Positions 1-11,415 of a stretch of 64,000 nucleotides of DNA are shown here, piece after piece. Numbering within the stretch: position 1 is the stretch's first letter; each line of letters opens with the position of its first letter. The notes under the pieces are model-generated. The model saw only the letters and a program-made list of their open reading frames with translations. It did no database searches and was not told the origin of the DNA. This DNA comes from Amoeboaphelidium protococcarum X5 (Eukaryota; Fungi; Aphelidiomycota), in contig JALDTO010000162.1 in the NCBI GenBank assembly GCA_023515725.1, positions 286,476-350,475 of the forward strand, read 5' to 3'. Made by a program: the position numbers and the translations under genes.

Positions 1-361
1 CTAAATCATTCAAAACACTACCAGTGAAATACAGCCCAGCGTTTGGATTTTAAGATAGATGATCTTTCAAATTATGGGACAAAACTCCATAATAATCGGA
101 ATAGAATAAGACCAGTTTAGATCTTTGACCAAGCTTTTTAGACAGAATATCGCGATTCTTGTTGGCAGCAAAATACTTGACCAAAGGCTCTATACCAGAA
201 TCTCGAAATATAGCACAACGATTTTCACTAATAATTGTAGATTGATCTACGCCAAGCTTTGCATCAATCAAGTTGGGTGGGCTTAGTTCATTGTGAGATC
301 GAGGGACAGATGAGACGCGTGTAACCAAAATAGCTGACAGTGCAAGTAGCACAAACTTCAT
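1..361 (-). CDS. Secreted orphan protein, 3'-partial (runs off the window)
   Basis: MKFVLLALSAILVTRVSS signal peptide; the frame stays open past TAA at 50-52 to position 1. Confidence 0.75.
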
Positions 362-638
362 TGCGAATTCAGTTCTTAAGCAAGACGTATCCTTATAATC
401 GCTTACACCAACAAAGTAAGTGGATCCTTAAAGAGAGTCTGAACAAGGAGTTGCACTAATAACTTGCCGCCTTTGTCGTTGTAAATGTGGCGTTGACCGA
501 GTTCTAGTCTGCGCCACAATTCGCCCAGATTAGCCATTACTATGATGTTCTCATATCTGGGTTGATCAATCTTATCCCTTGAAAAATTTTCTATTATTGG
601 CGTATTTCTGTTCTGAATCTTGTAGTTTATTTCTTAAG

Positions 639-2540
639 ATGTAGTGGAATTCTATTGTGATTACAGTAGTTTTGGTGGCGTGTTAGGTGGTACAATCAAC
701 GGCTACATCTGACGCTTTCTTACCAAGCCTTTACAATGGTTATCCGTATGAGTTTGCAATTATCAATGCAGCGAGATAGGAAGACACCAATGCACTCCAA
801 GCTCTATATGCTGGCTATGAGTGGGAACCTAAGGACAAGTTTTAGGGTGTCAATGTCGATTATTTTACTCCTCAGGTTCGTCAGCTCTTGTCGTCTGGTG
901 CATCTAATGTCCGCTACAGTCCTTTGGGCACAACGCGTTAATACTTGCCTGCTGACTATTAGAAGGTGTATCTGCAGCTTTATGGTGAAAGTCAAACAGT
1001 CGCTTCCATGATCTCCATCTGTAATAGTAACGCTGCGGCCTGCAGATACATGGTGTTAAATCGTGAGTTTCCCGTATTCCAGCAGAAGCTTCTCGGTCTG
1101 ACAGAGGACGAGCAATCTCGAATGACAACCCTGTTCGAGACTACTAATGAGTTAAATGACAGGTCGTTTAGACCGATTTATCAGATGCAGATTGAGTTGG
1201 TGTCGCGCTTGCTTGATTTTAATGATTCGGAGTTGCGCGATCTGTTTGTTTGGGCTCTGTTGAACTGTCGTGGTAGATATGACTCTGTAACTGCTCATGT
1301 TATTGCCCTTGGCCTTGGGTACTTTGAGGCAAAGAATCCGTACAATGAAGAGAAGTATAGAAGACTAATTGGATTGCTGGCATCTGGGTACAGGTACTTG
1401 GCCGACGCGTAGTAGGATCCTATTCAGTTTCAATACAGTTTGACCAAGTAAGCCATTGATATGGCTGGAGGTGCAAAAGTGAATCGCGCCATTAGAGAGG
1501 AGACTTATAGAAAGGTTTCACATCGTAAAGGCTTTCAGTTGAGTCTTTAGGACAATGGAGACTGGATTTCACCTCCCAAGTTTTAGCCATGGGGATACCT
1601 GGCCGTATTAGTGACTGCTGAATATGAGATGTAGGATGCTGAGATGTGGCTTTTGCTGTTTGGCCGTATCTCAAAGTTCTTGTGCACTTCTGAAGCTAAC
1701 GATTGTCTCTTTTAATAGCACTTGGTGGAATCCTCTCGCGGTCGTGATTCTGTGTCATCTGTTGCTAATTACCTTAATGGCTGGTACAACAAATATTCAA
1801 GCATGAGGCTGGCGCTGGCTCTTTCTTTGGCTAGATCTCCTAGGCTGTATGATTATGTTGGTTTGGTAATCAATCACGGTCTACATATTAAGGCAGGACT
1901 AGAAAGCTCTAGTATAATGCAAAGAATAGCCAAGATCTTGCTGAGGTTCAGCTTGTCCATTGCTTTAGATTAGTCTTCCAATGCAATTTCCACTAGAATT
2001 TTTAAGCAAGTTAAGTAAGGATTTGTAGAGAAGACTGATATTATTCAGTTATTGATTGAATTCAATGAGCAGTTCCAATTGATCTCCGGTCGTATTGGTG
2101 AGGTTTCGCAATCGGTGATCTATCAGAATCTGATCCTGAATGAAGATGTAAATCTGATCAAGTTGAGAGATGTTAATGTCGTCATTGGGCTGTTGAAAAG
2201 CTAAAGCGTCACGTTGGACGACATTGTCTAGTATGAGATGGCGCGCGTTAAGAAGGAGCGTGGGTCATTTGATTTCGCCTTGTTGACCATCTTGTTCAGG
2301 AAGGGATTCTAATTGACAAAGCCGGCGGAGTTGATGGAGATGTGCTTGCAAAATGGATGGTATAGACTGTTCTCACTACTACGCCAGAATAGCAGAGTGA
2401 ATCATCATGAAGTTTAGTAGCTATTGAATCTCAGTGAACATCATCCTTGGTATATGGCCCTTCATAAAGAGAAATCTTGGAGGCGTTCTATTGCCATTGC
2501 TTTACAGCGACTGAGACATTGGAACAGTTTTTACAACTGA
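639..2540 (+). CDS. Secreted orphan protein, 633 aa
   Basis: ATG 639 to TGA 2538-2540 in one frame with TAR=Gln, joining track ORFs 966 and 1722; signal peptide MQWNSIVITVVLVACQVVQS. Confidence 0.85.
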
Positions 2541-2575
2541 TTTGATTTTTTTGAAGGGGATAAAGTGATCCGACA

Positions 2576-2592
2576 ATATATATATATATATA
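2576..2592. repeat. (AT)n microsatellite
   Basis: Run of about 8 AT units. Confidence 0.8.
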
Positions 2593-2743
2593 ATACATCG
2601 CATCATGTCGCGTCTTTATTTTGATAAAGTTTATCCAAACATCGTTGCGCGTTAAGATAAGCGTATTTCGTTAATGTTACACTGTCTATTTATACATGTA
2701 AACAGGCAACCGAGCCAAAAATATGCTCCACTACCAAAAAGGA

Positions 2744-2824
2744 TGCATTCTGTGAGACTCGAACTCACGCCCCTTGCGGGATTCGAACTTGAGTCGAACT
2801 GAATGGCCACTATCAGAAGAATGC
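2744..2824 (-). tRNA. tRNA-Leu(CAA), intronless
   Basis: Acceptor stem GCATTCT/AGAATGC plus discriminator A; anticodon arm TTCGA-CT-CAA-GT-TCGAA; long variable arm; T-arm GTGAG-TTCGAGT-CTCAC; T5 Pol III terminator downstream at 2736-2740. Confidence 0.93.
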
Positions 2825-2995
2825 CTTTTCCTATTTTTTGGATGAAAATTTATCGCGTTAAAGACTATGAACTGCTGTTTTATAAAAGAGTACCTGACTA
2901 TTTTTACTAGATTGAAAGACTTTGCAATACCGTTCGAAAAGACTAAGAACTATTTACAAAAATTCAAATTATATTGGGAACTTACACGATTTCAA

Positions 2996-4843
2996 TCATA
3001 GCCTGTACTATTTACATAGAATAAAGGTGAAAGCACAGACAATCAGAGATCCGAATATTTGACCAATTTGTGCGCCTACAGAGTCAGTTTAGTAGAATCT
3101 CATGCCAGTGTATCCGAAATTGGAAACAGTCCATGAAGGTTTAGATGGATCGACGACAGTGAACCGCCCACGCCCAGCATCATACTCTAAGCCCGTACCA
3201 TAGGCGGGGTGGAAGTACGAGGATGTGAGAGTACACACCTTGTTGATACACAACTCGCTTTTACTCAGATCACAGTCCCCGTCCAATGTACACGTCTGAT
3301 TTCCAGCAGAAGTCTGCACATAATCACCCAAAATACTTCGAAGCAGAAAGAGATCGGCAGTCCGTGAAGAGAAATAGCTACCAACAGAGCGATCAATTGA
3401 TACTGGAGAGGAGTAATTCAAGTACTACGTCGCAAGTGTACAATTAAAATTCCCCAGCATACAATCACTTAACTACGACAAAACGGTACAGTTTGCAGAT
3501 ATTGTAGAATTACTCACGCCAGTAGCGACTTTATATACAGCGCGGGCTACAGAAGTGGATATTTGACATATGGATTCCAGCTGAGACTGAGATAATGAAC
3601 GATCATTTTAGCTAAAGAAGTTCTAATCAATAAACTGAGAGTCGTAATCTGAAATTATAGCACTTTTCATTGTCGAATTGTATTCCAAAAATGCCGCGAC
3701 AGACGAAGGAGGCAACAACTAGCTTGAGGCCATCTTGGCCGTGATATTCAATCCAGAGGCACCAGAAAGTACGGCATCAACCAACTCTGAAGCATTTCCA
3801 GTTGAACGAACATAATACGACGACCCATTGGTTGTAGCTGAGATCTATCGAAGACTAAATATTGCAGACACTTTAGACAAGTCAATTTTGGAATACTAGT
3901 CCACATTTCTATAAGGCAACTGACAAATTGGATTATCACCTCTGTTCTAGACACAGAACTTGGACGACACATCTTGTATGAATCGTCTACTACCAGTTAA
4001 ATCGTAGGATTCGGAATTAAAAAGAGCAAATACGATGTTTGTAGAACTTATATTGAAACCAGACAAAGCCTAAGACACTCCAACTAAAGCCAATATGCTT
4101 GAAGTGTAAGCATTCGCTCCATACGCCATGCCATCAAAAAGCGATCGAGAGTCTAGCGGTGCGGTAACAAATATAGTCTGCGCGTTTAGAGAGAAGTTTT
4201 TATGAGCAATTATAGACTGAGATCCCAAAGGGAAACAGAAAGCTTGAGGCTGAGATTCGGTCCGGCGTAGACAAGTTGCAGAGTTATGTGCTGCAAACAT
4301 AAAAGCCTCCATCTCAACTCCCACTTTAGGATATCTTCCCGCTCTATTGTGCTAATCACCGGCGATTATTTACTGTATAAGATTGGTATTGTTTGCATTG
4401 ACTCCAAACAGCGGTTTATTCACCTGCACATTCAACAAGCTTCTACCATTCGGATTCCATACATAATTTGTGTTAAGCTGAGGAGATTATACACATTCAG
4501 CACAGGGACTAGCATCGCTGTAAATAGATGATGGATCCTGACTTGCACTAACATCACCATTGGAATAAACGACAATCATACCAGCAACATTAGCTTACGA
4601 GTCCAGATCGTAGAGCATTTATCGCTGTAAAAAGGAAGAGTTCAAAGCTACAACCAGACTCTCAATGCTATCAATACCATAACCACTACGAAGCGACTCA
4701 TATTCTTATATAGATGAGATGAATCGCAGCGAGCCCGATGCTCGTAAACCAGCACTGCCAGTCTACCCACTTGAATTTAATCTACGAATCGCTGGCTGCG
4801 CAGAGGTAAAATATTTATAAATGCTCTGGTCAATGTCCTGCAT
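2996..4843 (-). CDS. NCSTN: Nicastrin (gamma-secretase subunit); 5' end and signal peptide unresolved
   Basis: Motifs RRLNSSGQTG, CLRRT..CFPLG, LDSRSLF..GA, FNSESYDLTGSRRF, LPPSS, WTVS and a C-terminal TM helix; 615-aa frame ending in TGA. Confidence 0.85.
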
Positions 4844-5570
4844 AAGGCACTACAAATTATCAATTACTGATGAGGAATTACAGTTGTTTCAAAAGCTCCA
4901 GTCCAGCAGGAGCAAGTGTTTGTTGTAAAACTCTCAAAAGGACAAAGCTATGGAATACTTCCGCGAGCCGTTTAAAGGGCGCTTAAAGGCAAATGGTTGG
5001 ACATCTACTCGTCTCAAATTGGATGATACAGATTAACAAGGCTGGTCTTAATAAAGGAAATATAAGGCCTACTGATTAATCTTGTAAATTTAATGAATTA
5101 ATGTGTACTTAATATTGGGGCTTCTGCAGAGTGATTTAGCTTGTTTGTCCGCGAACGAGCTTTAGCGTATCTCTATTGCGGAGTTTGATGGTGGCTTCAC
5201 TATGCTCAGATCATAGTCTTAAATAAATAGTGATGCGTGATAACATCTCTACGCGCAGTTCTCTCTGTCTGAACATTTATTAGTAAACTTGGAGTTTCCA
5301 TGTTTCTAATCACCTGCTCAATTTGCGATTCTACTAACCTGCGACAATTGTCACAGGTGGCTGTTCCATCATCACCAACGATCAGGTGTGTTATTTATTG
5401 TTCCATTCGTCTTTATCATTTATTTTAAAAGACTTGGTGTGCTGGATATGTTAAAATTATCATTTATTGTTACTCCTGAAGTTGATTGTGTTGTACCGAC
5501 TGGACCGTACTCAGGAAAGCTATACCATAACGAACTATACCACGTCCAATTTCTATTAAATCAAAAGTAC

Positions 5571-6356
5571 TCATATCTCATCATTGCCTTCCTCTTGAGA
5601 GGCGCAAAAATTCAAAAGTCCTTCGGTAATGTCACCATTGGATGAAATACTCCCGCTAGATATCGAATGGGAGGAAGTATTTTCTATATCTTTGTAAATA
5701 GTATCAGTATCAAACATGACGCCTTTTTGTAAGGATGTCCAGTACGAATGTATAATCTACTCCATACGCTTCATTTCATGCTCCATGGTCTAAGTTCTAG
5801 TAGACATTTGTATCAAGAGGTTATTCGCATTAAGTAGCAAGCTTTGCAAGTGAACGACAACTTTATTCTACTGAATGTATTGCTGTTAAAGTAGAGCTTA
5901 GCCAATTAATGCATGCACCAACCTACTCTTGACTTCCGTGATATCTTAGATGTCGGATAGGGCCTCATTAGCAATATCTACGGCATCAACACCGAATTAG
6001 CAGCTCAGATCCTGAATCGATAATGTTTCAACACCTTCTTTGATCATCTGTACGATATTTTACTTTTGTAGACATTCCAGCTAGTTTGATGGATCCCACT
6101 AATAAGATGGTTAGGGAGACTACGATTAACAAGATATCTGACGGGGGCCATTATGCTAAGTGCGCCACTAAAACCAATCTTGAACCAACTCAATGCCAAT
6201 ATTCAGCTTGATGGCTATGGATTACATAATACTATCATTGGGAATCTATTTCAGTTTCTAGTATATTTCTTCAAGCAGATGGAGGGCTTCATTAGACTCT
6301 AACATCGTACGTCCAGTCTTTTTACAACACTAGACTGTCTGTTATAGTTCAGCCAT
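5571..6356 (-). CDS. Protein with an atypical N-terminal homeodomain, 261 aa
   Basis: LHLLEEIYQKLKQIPNDSIMQSIAIKLNIGIELVQDWFQWRT matches the homeodomain helix pattern; ATG 6356 to TGA 5571. Confidence 0.75.
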
Positions 6357-7023
6357 ACACAATACTGTATATCTAGCACTGACGGCGAGAGAGTTTCCGC
6401 TTTCGGATGTTTTGTCGCGAACTGTTTTTGATAAACGGCCCCTGCCGACCCTGAAACGTTGCTTGTGCTTATGAAACGGGATTTTGTCGACAAATAATTC
6501 TGATATGAGAATACAAATGGTACTGATTTGGATTATGTTGCTCAAACATACGCGTTTAATTTATAATTCAACCAAAGATCTTCATTGATGGTACTAGAGC
6601 TAATATAAAGTTTAATGCATGGATGATGATTAAATCCCATCGCGCTGTTGATTATGCAAAGTCTTATGGTGTGATGTGTGTGATCCAAAGAAGACAATCA
6701 TGTATGACATTACCGATCTCGAAAAGGCAATCTCATGCGTTCAAAGATAATCTTCTGGGGATGGTGACTGATTTTAATATATTAGCGTGTTCTTATACTC
6801 CTCCTCAATGAAAATACGCGCAAAAGACGCGTCTTTATCAGAGCACTTGATCTGCTGATTTTGCAAGTTGCGATCAAAGGAGGCTTAAGGAGTTAAACAC
6901 TCTCAGCACTTTCCCTTCTTGCCGCATTTGCAGTCATCGTAGACGTGACTTTTGATAAGCAGTTGATAGACTTTGGTAATATAATCTTTTAGTTTTCTTC
7001 ATTATATAGTAACACTAGCCCAC

Positions 7024-7743
7024 ATGATGATGTCTGGAATAATTGTAAAATCCTTATCCTTTGCGCTTGCTCTTATAATATCTTCTATTGATGGACGGCC
7101 GGCATCTGGGCCTTTTAATAATCTGGCTCAAGGTTAGTCTGCTCTGGGTAGTAGTGGTCCAGGATATGCCTCTGTATACTCTGACATCAAGGTGGATGAG
7201 CTCAGCGAGAGTGATATTGAAAAGTATTTGGACACCGAGTCACTTCTGCAGCCTGTGTGGGTTCCATGTCCGCAGACATCCAAGACATCCTACCTCAATG
7301 TCTCATTCTCCCCTTACCCGCTATCTAAAGGTCGTAATATTACCGCCACTTTGAAAGGATACGTTGAGGAGCCTCTCACTCCTGGCACTAGGCTCACTCT
7401 GTTCGGATCCAATGTGGAAATACCCATCATTCCTCTGCCATAAATCACGCTGGATGTATGCTCATTCATTGAGGGGCAATTCGTGAATGCAACTGAACCA
7501 GTCAAGTGTCCCATCGCGGCTTGGGCGTCCCTCCTTGTCTTTAATGCTATAAAAAATAAACAGATTAGTTAGATGGACAGTGAGGCTGCGGAATTGGCAT
7601 CTAGTAACAGAAATCAGTTAATTGGTCTCAACGTTACCATACCGCGACTGCAAAAGTCTGGCAGGTATTCCACGTACTTGTAATTAATTGACGGCTAAAA
7701 GAATGTCCTCACCTGTGCCCATACCATTTTGAGAATTAAATGA
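7024..7743 (+). CDS. ML-domain (NPC2/MD-2-like) lipid-binding secreted protein, 239 aa
   Basis: Signal peptide; WVPC, FSPYPLSKGRNITATLKG, LDVC, KCPI, GRY, LTC pattern. Confidence 0.85.
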
Positions 7744-7894
7744 TCCAGTAAAATGTGCTCTATTTTAATAGTTGATTCTTCAGTTTTCATAGACTTGCCT
7801 ATTTTATCAACATTTTCTGGTGATGGTGATAACCAATACGATACCAAGCATAAAATTAAAATGTAAAACGCAAAATGACTCTTAACAATTTGTG

Positions 7895-8680
7895 TCAAAC
7901 ATTCATAAGAGATTTGTCGACCGGTGGATAAGCATACCTCTTTGGGCGTGGATTGATGTACCTTGAGCGGTTAATATCTTTCGGTAAGCCACTGTTCGCA
8001 TTGCCACCGGGCCGAGACGTGTTGGGGAGCAGCTGAGACACGTTGATTAGAGTTCCAACACCGCTCGTTGTATAAGTAGCATTGTATTCATAGAGTAGTT
8101 TAATTGTAGTCTACAGGTCAGTCCATACTTGAATCAACAAGTCATTATACTTTGCAGTCGCCTCCTCAAAATAAGTCACGTTCATATTGCACTGCAACTG
8201 AGCATTCAGAGACATTGAGAGAAACGAGAGAGTGGAGCACAACAAAATGACAATGGATGACACTTTGGCCTACTGGACTGGATCTTGAATAGTCTGTTGC
8301 AGTAGTGCATTCACATTAGAGCTACTCATCGCGACCACACAAAGATTACCACCCAGAGTAAGAAAAGCAAGAATGTACCAAATGACTTTCCAACGTGTCA
8401 CGAGTGAGCCATAAACTTGAACTTTTGTGTTCACCTGGGCAATTATGGCATTTTACAAGTTTTACAATTCTTACGGACTCATGTTCCCAATATTGAGCTA
8501 TGGTGGTTTAATTCCGCCATGACCCGGTACCAAGTTAGGCAGATGTGGAGGTGGAAAGCTATCGCCGGAACTGCTTCCTTACTAAGTATCAGCAGATCGA
8601 ACAGCAGATAGTGGCACAGAAAGGCTCCTCTGATTGCGATCGGACATCTCTTATTAATTCTATGAGCGATTCCAAAACAT
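7895..8680 (-). CDS. Two-TM protein, SLATT/DUF4231-like topology, 261 aa
   Basis: Open frame ATG 8680 to TGA 7895; two hydrophobic helices followed by FEEATAKYNDLL; the family call is tentative. Confidence 0.7.
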
Positions 8681-9222
8681 AATAATGCGTGCAATCTTGG
8701 CAATATTGTCACCGCAAAGTACCGATGAAATGGAAATGACGAATCTACGAACGTGAATAAGATATCCAGATAATGCTTCTGAGGACTTTTCAAACGCGCC
8801 CGTATGGACTTTGTTCTGAAACGGAAGCGATTTGTTATGATTTTAATATATATTTCAGCATGAGAGTTGTCACACTGGAAGTCCGTCATGAGTGGATATT
8901 AATAATAATAAAGCTTCCATGTTAATGGAAGCTTAGTTGATTAGAAAGCAATAGAGCATATAATCTACAAAATAAGTGTGCTACTCAATTAGTTTGAGCG
9001 CGCATGTGTTGCATCACTGGCTAACCATCATCCGTCTCACCGCTGTCGTCGTTGTCTCTCGCTGTTTCTTTCTTTCTAAAACTAAAACGGCCTTTTACAG
9101 TTCTCGTTCTTTTCTTTTATCACAAAACAACGCGAGAGGCTAAATTAGTTACTTCGTTCATCATTTTATTGACTCTTACTGTTGTATTCTTAATTAATAA
9201 TTAATTGATATTACATTGAATA

Positions 9223-10839
9223 ATGAGTTTTAATTTCAATGTGAATACTCCTTAGTAGAACAAGTCTGATTAATCTCAGTAATAGTAGTAGTAGAAGCCA
9301 GCGTTCTCATTCGGTTCTGGATTTGGATAAGCATCGTCAACTTAGTCAGCTGATTAGAGTAGTGCTAAGCCGTAATTTTCATTTGGAGGTGCATCTTCTA
9401 CTCCAGCTCAAAGTGGTGCTTAGCCTTAGAATTAGCCAAGTTTTAGCTTTGGTGGATTTGGCTCTACTCCTACTCCGGCCGGTGCCACTAATACTAATAC
9501 TACTACTGCTGCCACGTAGAAGCCTACGTTTGGATTTGGATAATCGTTCGGTACACCTTCTGATAAATAAACTCCGCAAGTTACTCCATTTGGTACACCT
9601 GCAACTGCATCCACGTCTGCTTAGCCATAATAGAATGCCGGCGCTGCTAAACCAGCATTTTCTTTTGGTGGTGGTCTCTCTGCAGGTACGCAGCCGAAAT
9701 CCGATTAATAACAATAATAATAAAAGCCTGCTGCAGCATTTGGTGGATTTGGTGCATCTACAGCTGAAGGTGTTAAAACTTAATAGGCGCCACTATTTGG
9801 CCAAACTTCAGGTGGTGGCGTAACTGGTAGTAATAGTGCCGCAGCATCTGGCGATAAGAAATAGGATGCTACTAAACCGCAATTTAGTTTTGGTGCACAG
9901 TCAACTACTGGAGCGGCGCCTACATCTACTCCTAAGCCAGCTGAAGAAAAAAAGGGGCCAACTCCAGCATTTTCATTCGGTGTGGGAAATGCGGCCGCTG
10001 GTACTCCTTCAAAACCACCTGCTGATAGTGGCGATAAGAGTAAAGATTCTTCTTAACCACCAAAGTTGATGATTGGTGGACCTGTTTAAGAGGAGAAAGT
10101 GGCGTCTGCTGATGTTCTTACCGCTCTCAAAGGCAAGACTATTAGCGAAATCTTATCAGAATGGTAGAGAACTCTGTACGAATCTAGCAAGACTTTCCAT
10201 CAGAGAGCGTAAGAGATTTCATAACTGGATGCCTAGCTAGTAAATGTAACCAATCAGATTAGCAAAGTAGTCATGGAGTCTGAGCATTCTAATTAGAAGT
10301 AACAAGAGCTTATTCAAGGTCTAGACTTTATAGAGACACAACAGAATGCTTTGGATAAAGAATTGGATCGCTTCGAGGAGAAATTGGTTCAACTGGTGGA
10401 GAAGACATAACACCAAGGTTCCGCCGTGTAAGGTCGCGTTGCCTAGTTTAAACTTCCTAATGGTCATATTGTAAATGCTGATACTGCCCGTGAAAAGACT
10501 TATACTACCGCCGAGAATTTAAGTTAGGATTTGTTTGTGATTAATCAGCAGATTGAAGATGCTGTGAGTATGTTGAACAAGGTGTACGCAAGTGGATCCG
10601 GCACGTCAGATGATGATACTGGCAGCGGGCAGGATGTAATTGGAGTTGTTACCAAGGTGCTGAATAAACATTATAACAGTCTGCAGTGGATTGATGCCAC
10701 CGTCGGCCAGTTGAATGATAAACTCTCGAAACTGGAGAAGATTAATGATAGTAGCAAGCTGCTGTAAAGCAAAGACGATTCGCGCGATCGACAATTCTCA
10801 CCAAGATCATCTTCAGTGCCTAAATAGTCCCCGGTTTGA
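9223..10839 (+). CDS. NSP1: FG-nucleoporin Nsp1/Nup62, 538 aa
   Basis: Many FSFG/FG repeats followed by Nsp1_C coiled coil (LKGKTISEILSEW..., VLNKHYNSLQWID). Confidence 0.93.
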
Positions 10840-11415
10840 ATAATACATATTGCAGTTTATTAATATCTTTATTTTCTGATAAATATTCAAGTTTTCAATA
10901 TTATATTATGCATAATAAGTCTATACTCTATTTACAGTCTACGTCTGTTCACAGCAGTTGAAGTTGATGGATGTATTATTATCCAGACTGCTTAGTTACC
11001 AAGAGGGATTGTTGTTTGCTATCGATTCGATCTCGTGCTGGTGCTGTTGGTGTGGTGTAGCTCTCATCTGAAATCATCACCATCATCATCACAACAACGA
11101 CACTGCTGATTTTATAAATAATAATAAACACTTGCTTTGCTTCTCACAGCATTAAAATTTGTTGTTGTTGTTGTTTTGTTATAGATAGATTCAAAGGATT
11201 TCCATCTTCTCTACTTAATACACTGCTCATTGTAATCTGCTGTTACACTCTTGACGTATTGTAATATTCTGGTAATTAGAGGAGCACGAATTGAATTAGA
11301 TTTAAGTGGAAGCATCAGTATAGCAGAAAGAACAATAATCAAATTAAATTATTATTAAATACTGAAATAAAAGAGAGTATAATAATAATAGTAGTGATTA
11401 AGTATTGGTTGTATA

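Noticed and set aside
2744-2824. Possible suppressor or reassignment tRNA
   Set aside because: The anticodon is CAA with a long variable arm, i.e. Leu; no tRNA-Gln(UUA/CUA) was seen in this window
6620-6687. Possible C/D snoRNA (ATGATGA with terminal TGGA/TCCA stem)
   Set aside because: Box D would be GTGA rather than CTGA and I could not identify an rRNA guide
9323-10069. Leu-rich ORFs in the track
   Set aside because: Alternative-frame readings of the Nsp1 FG-repeat region
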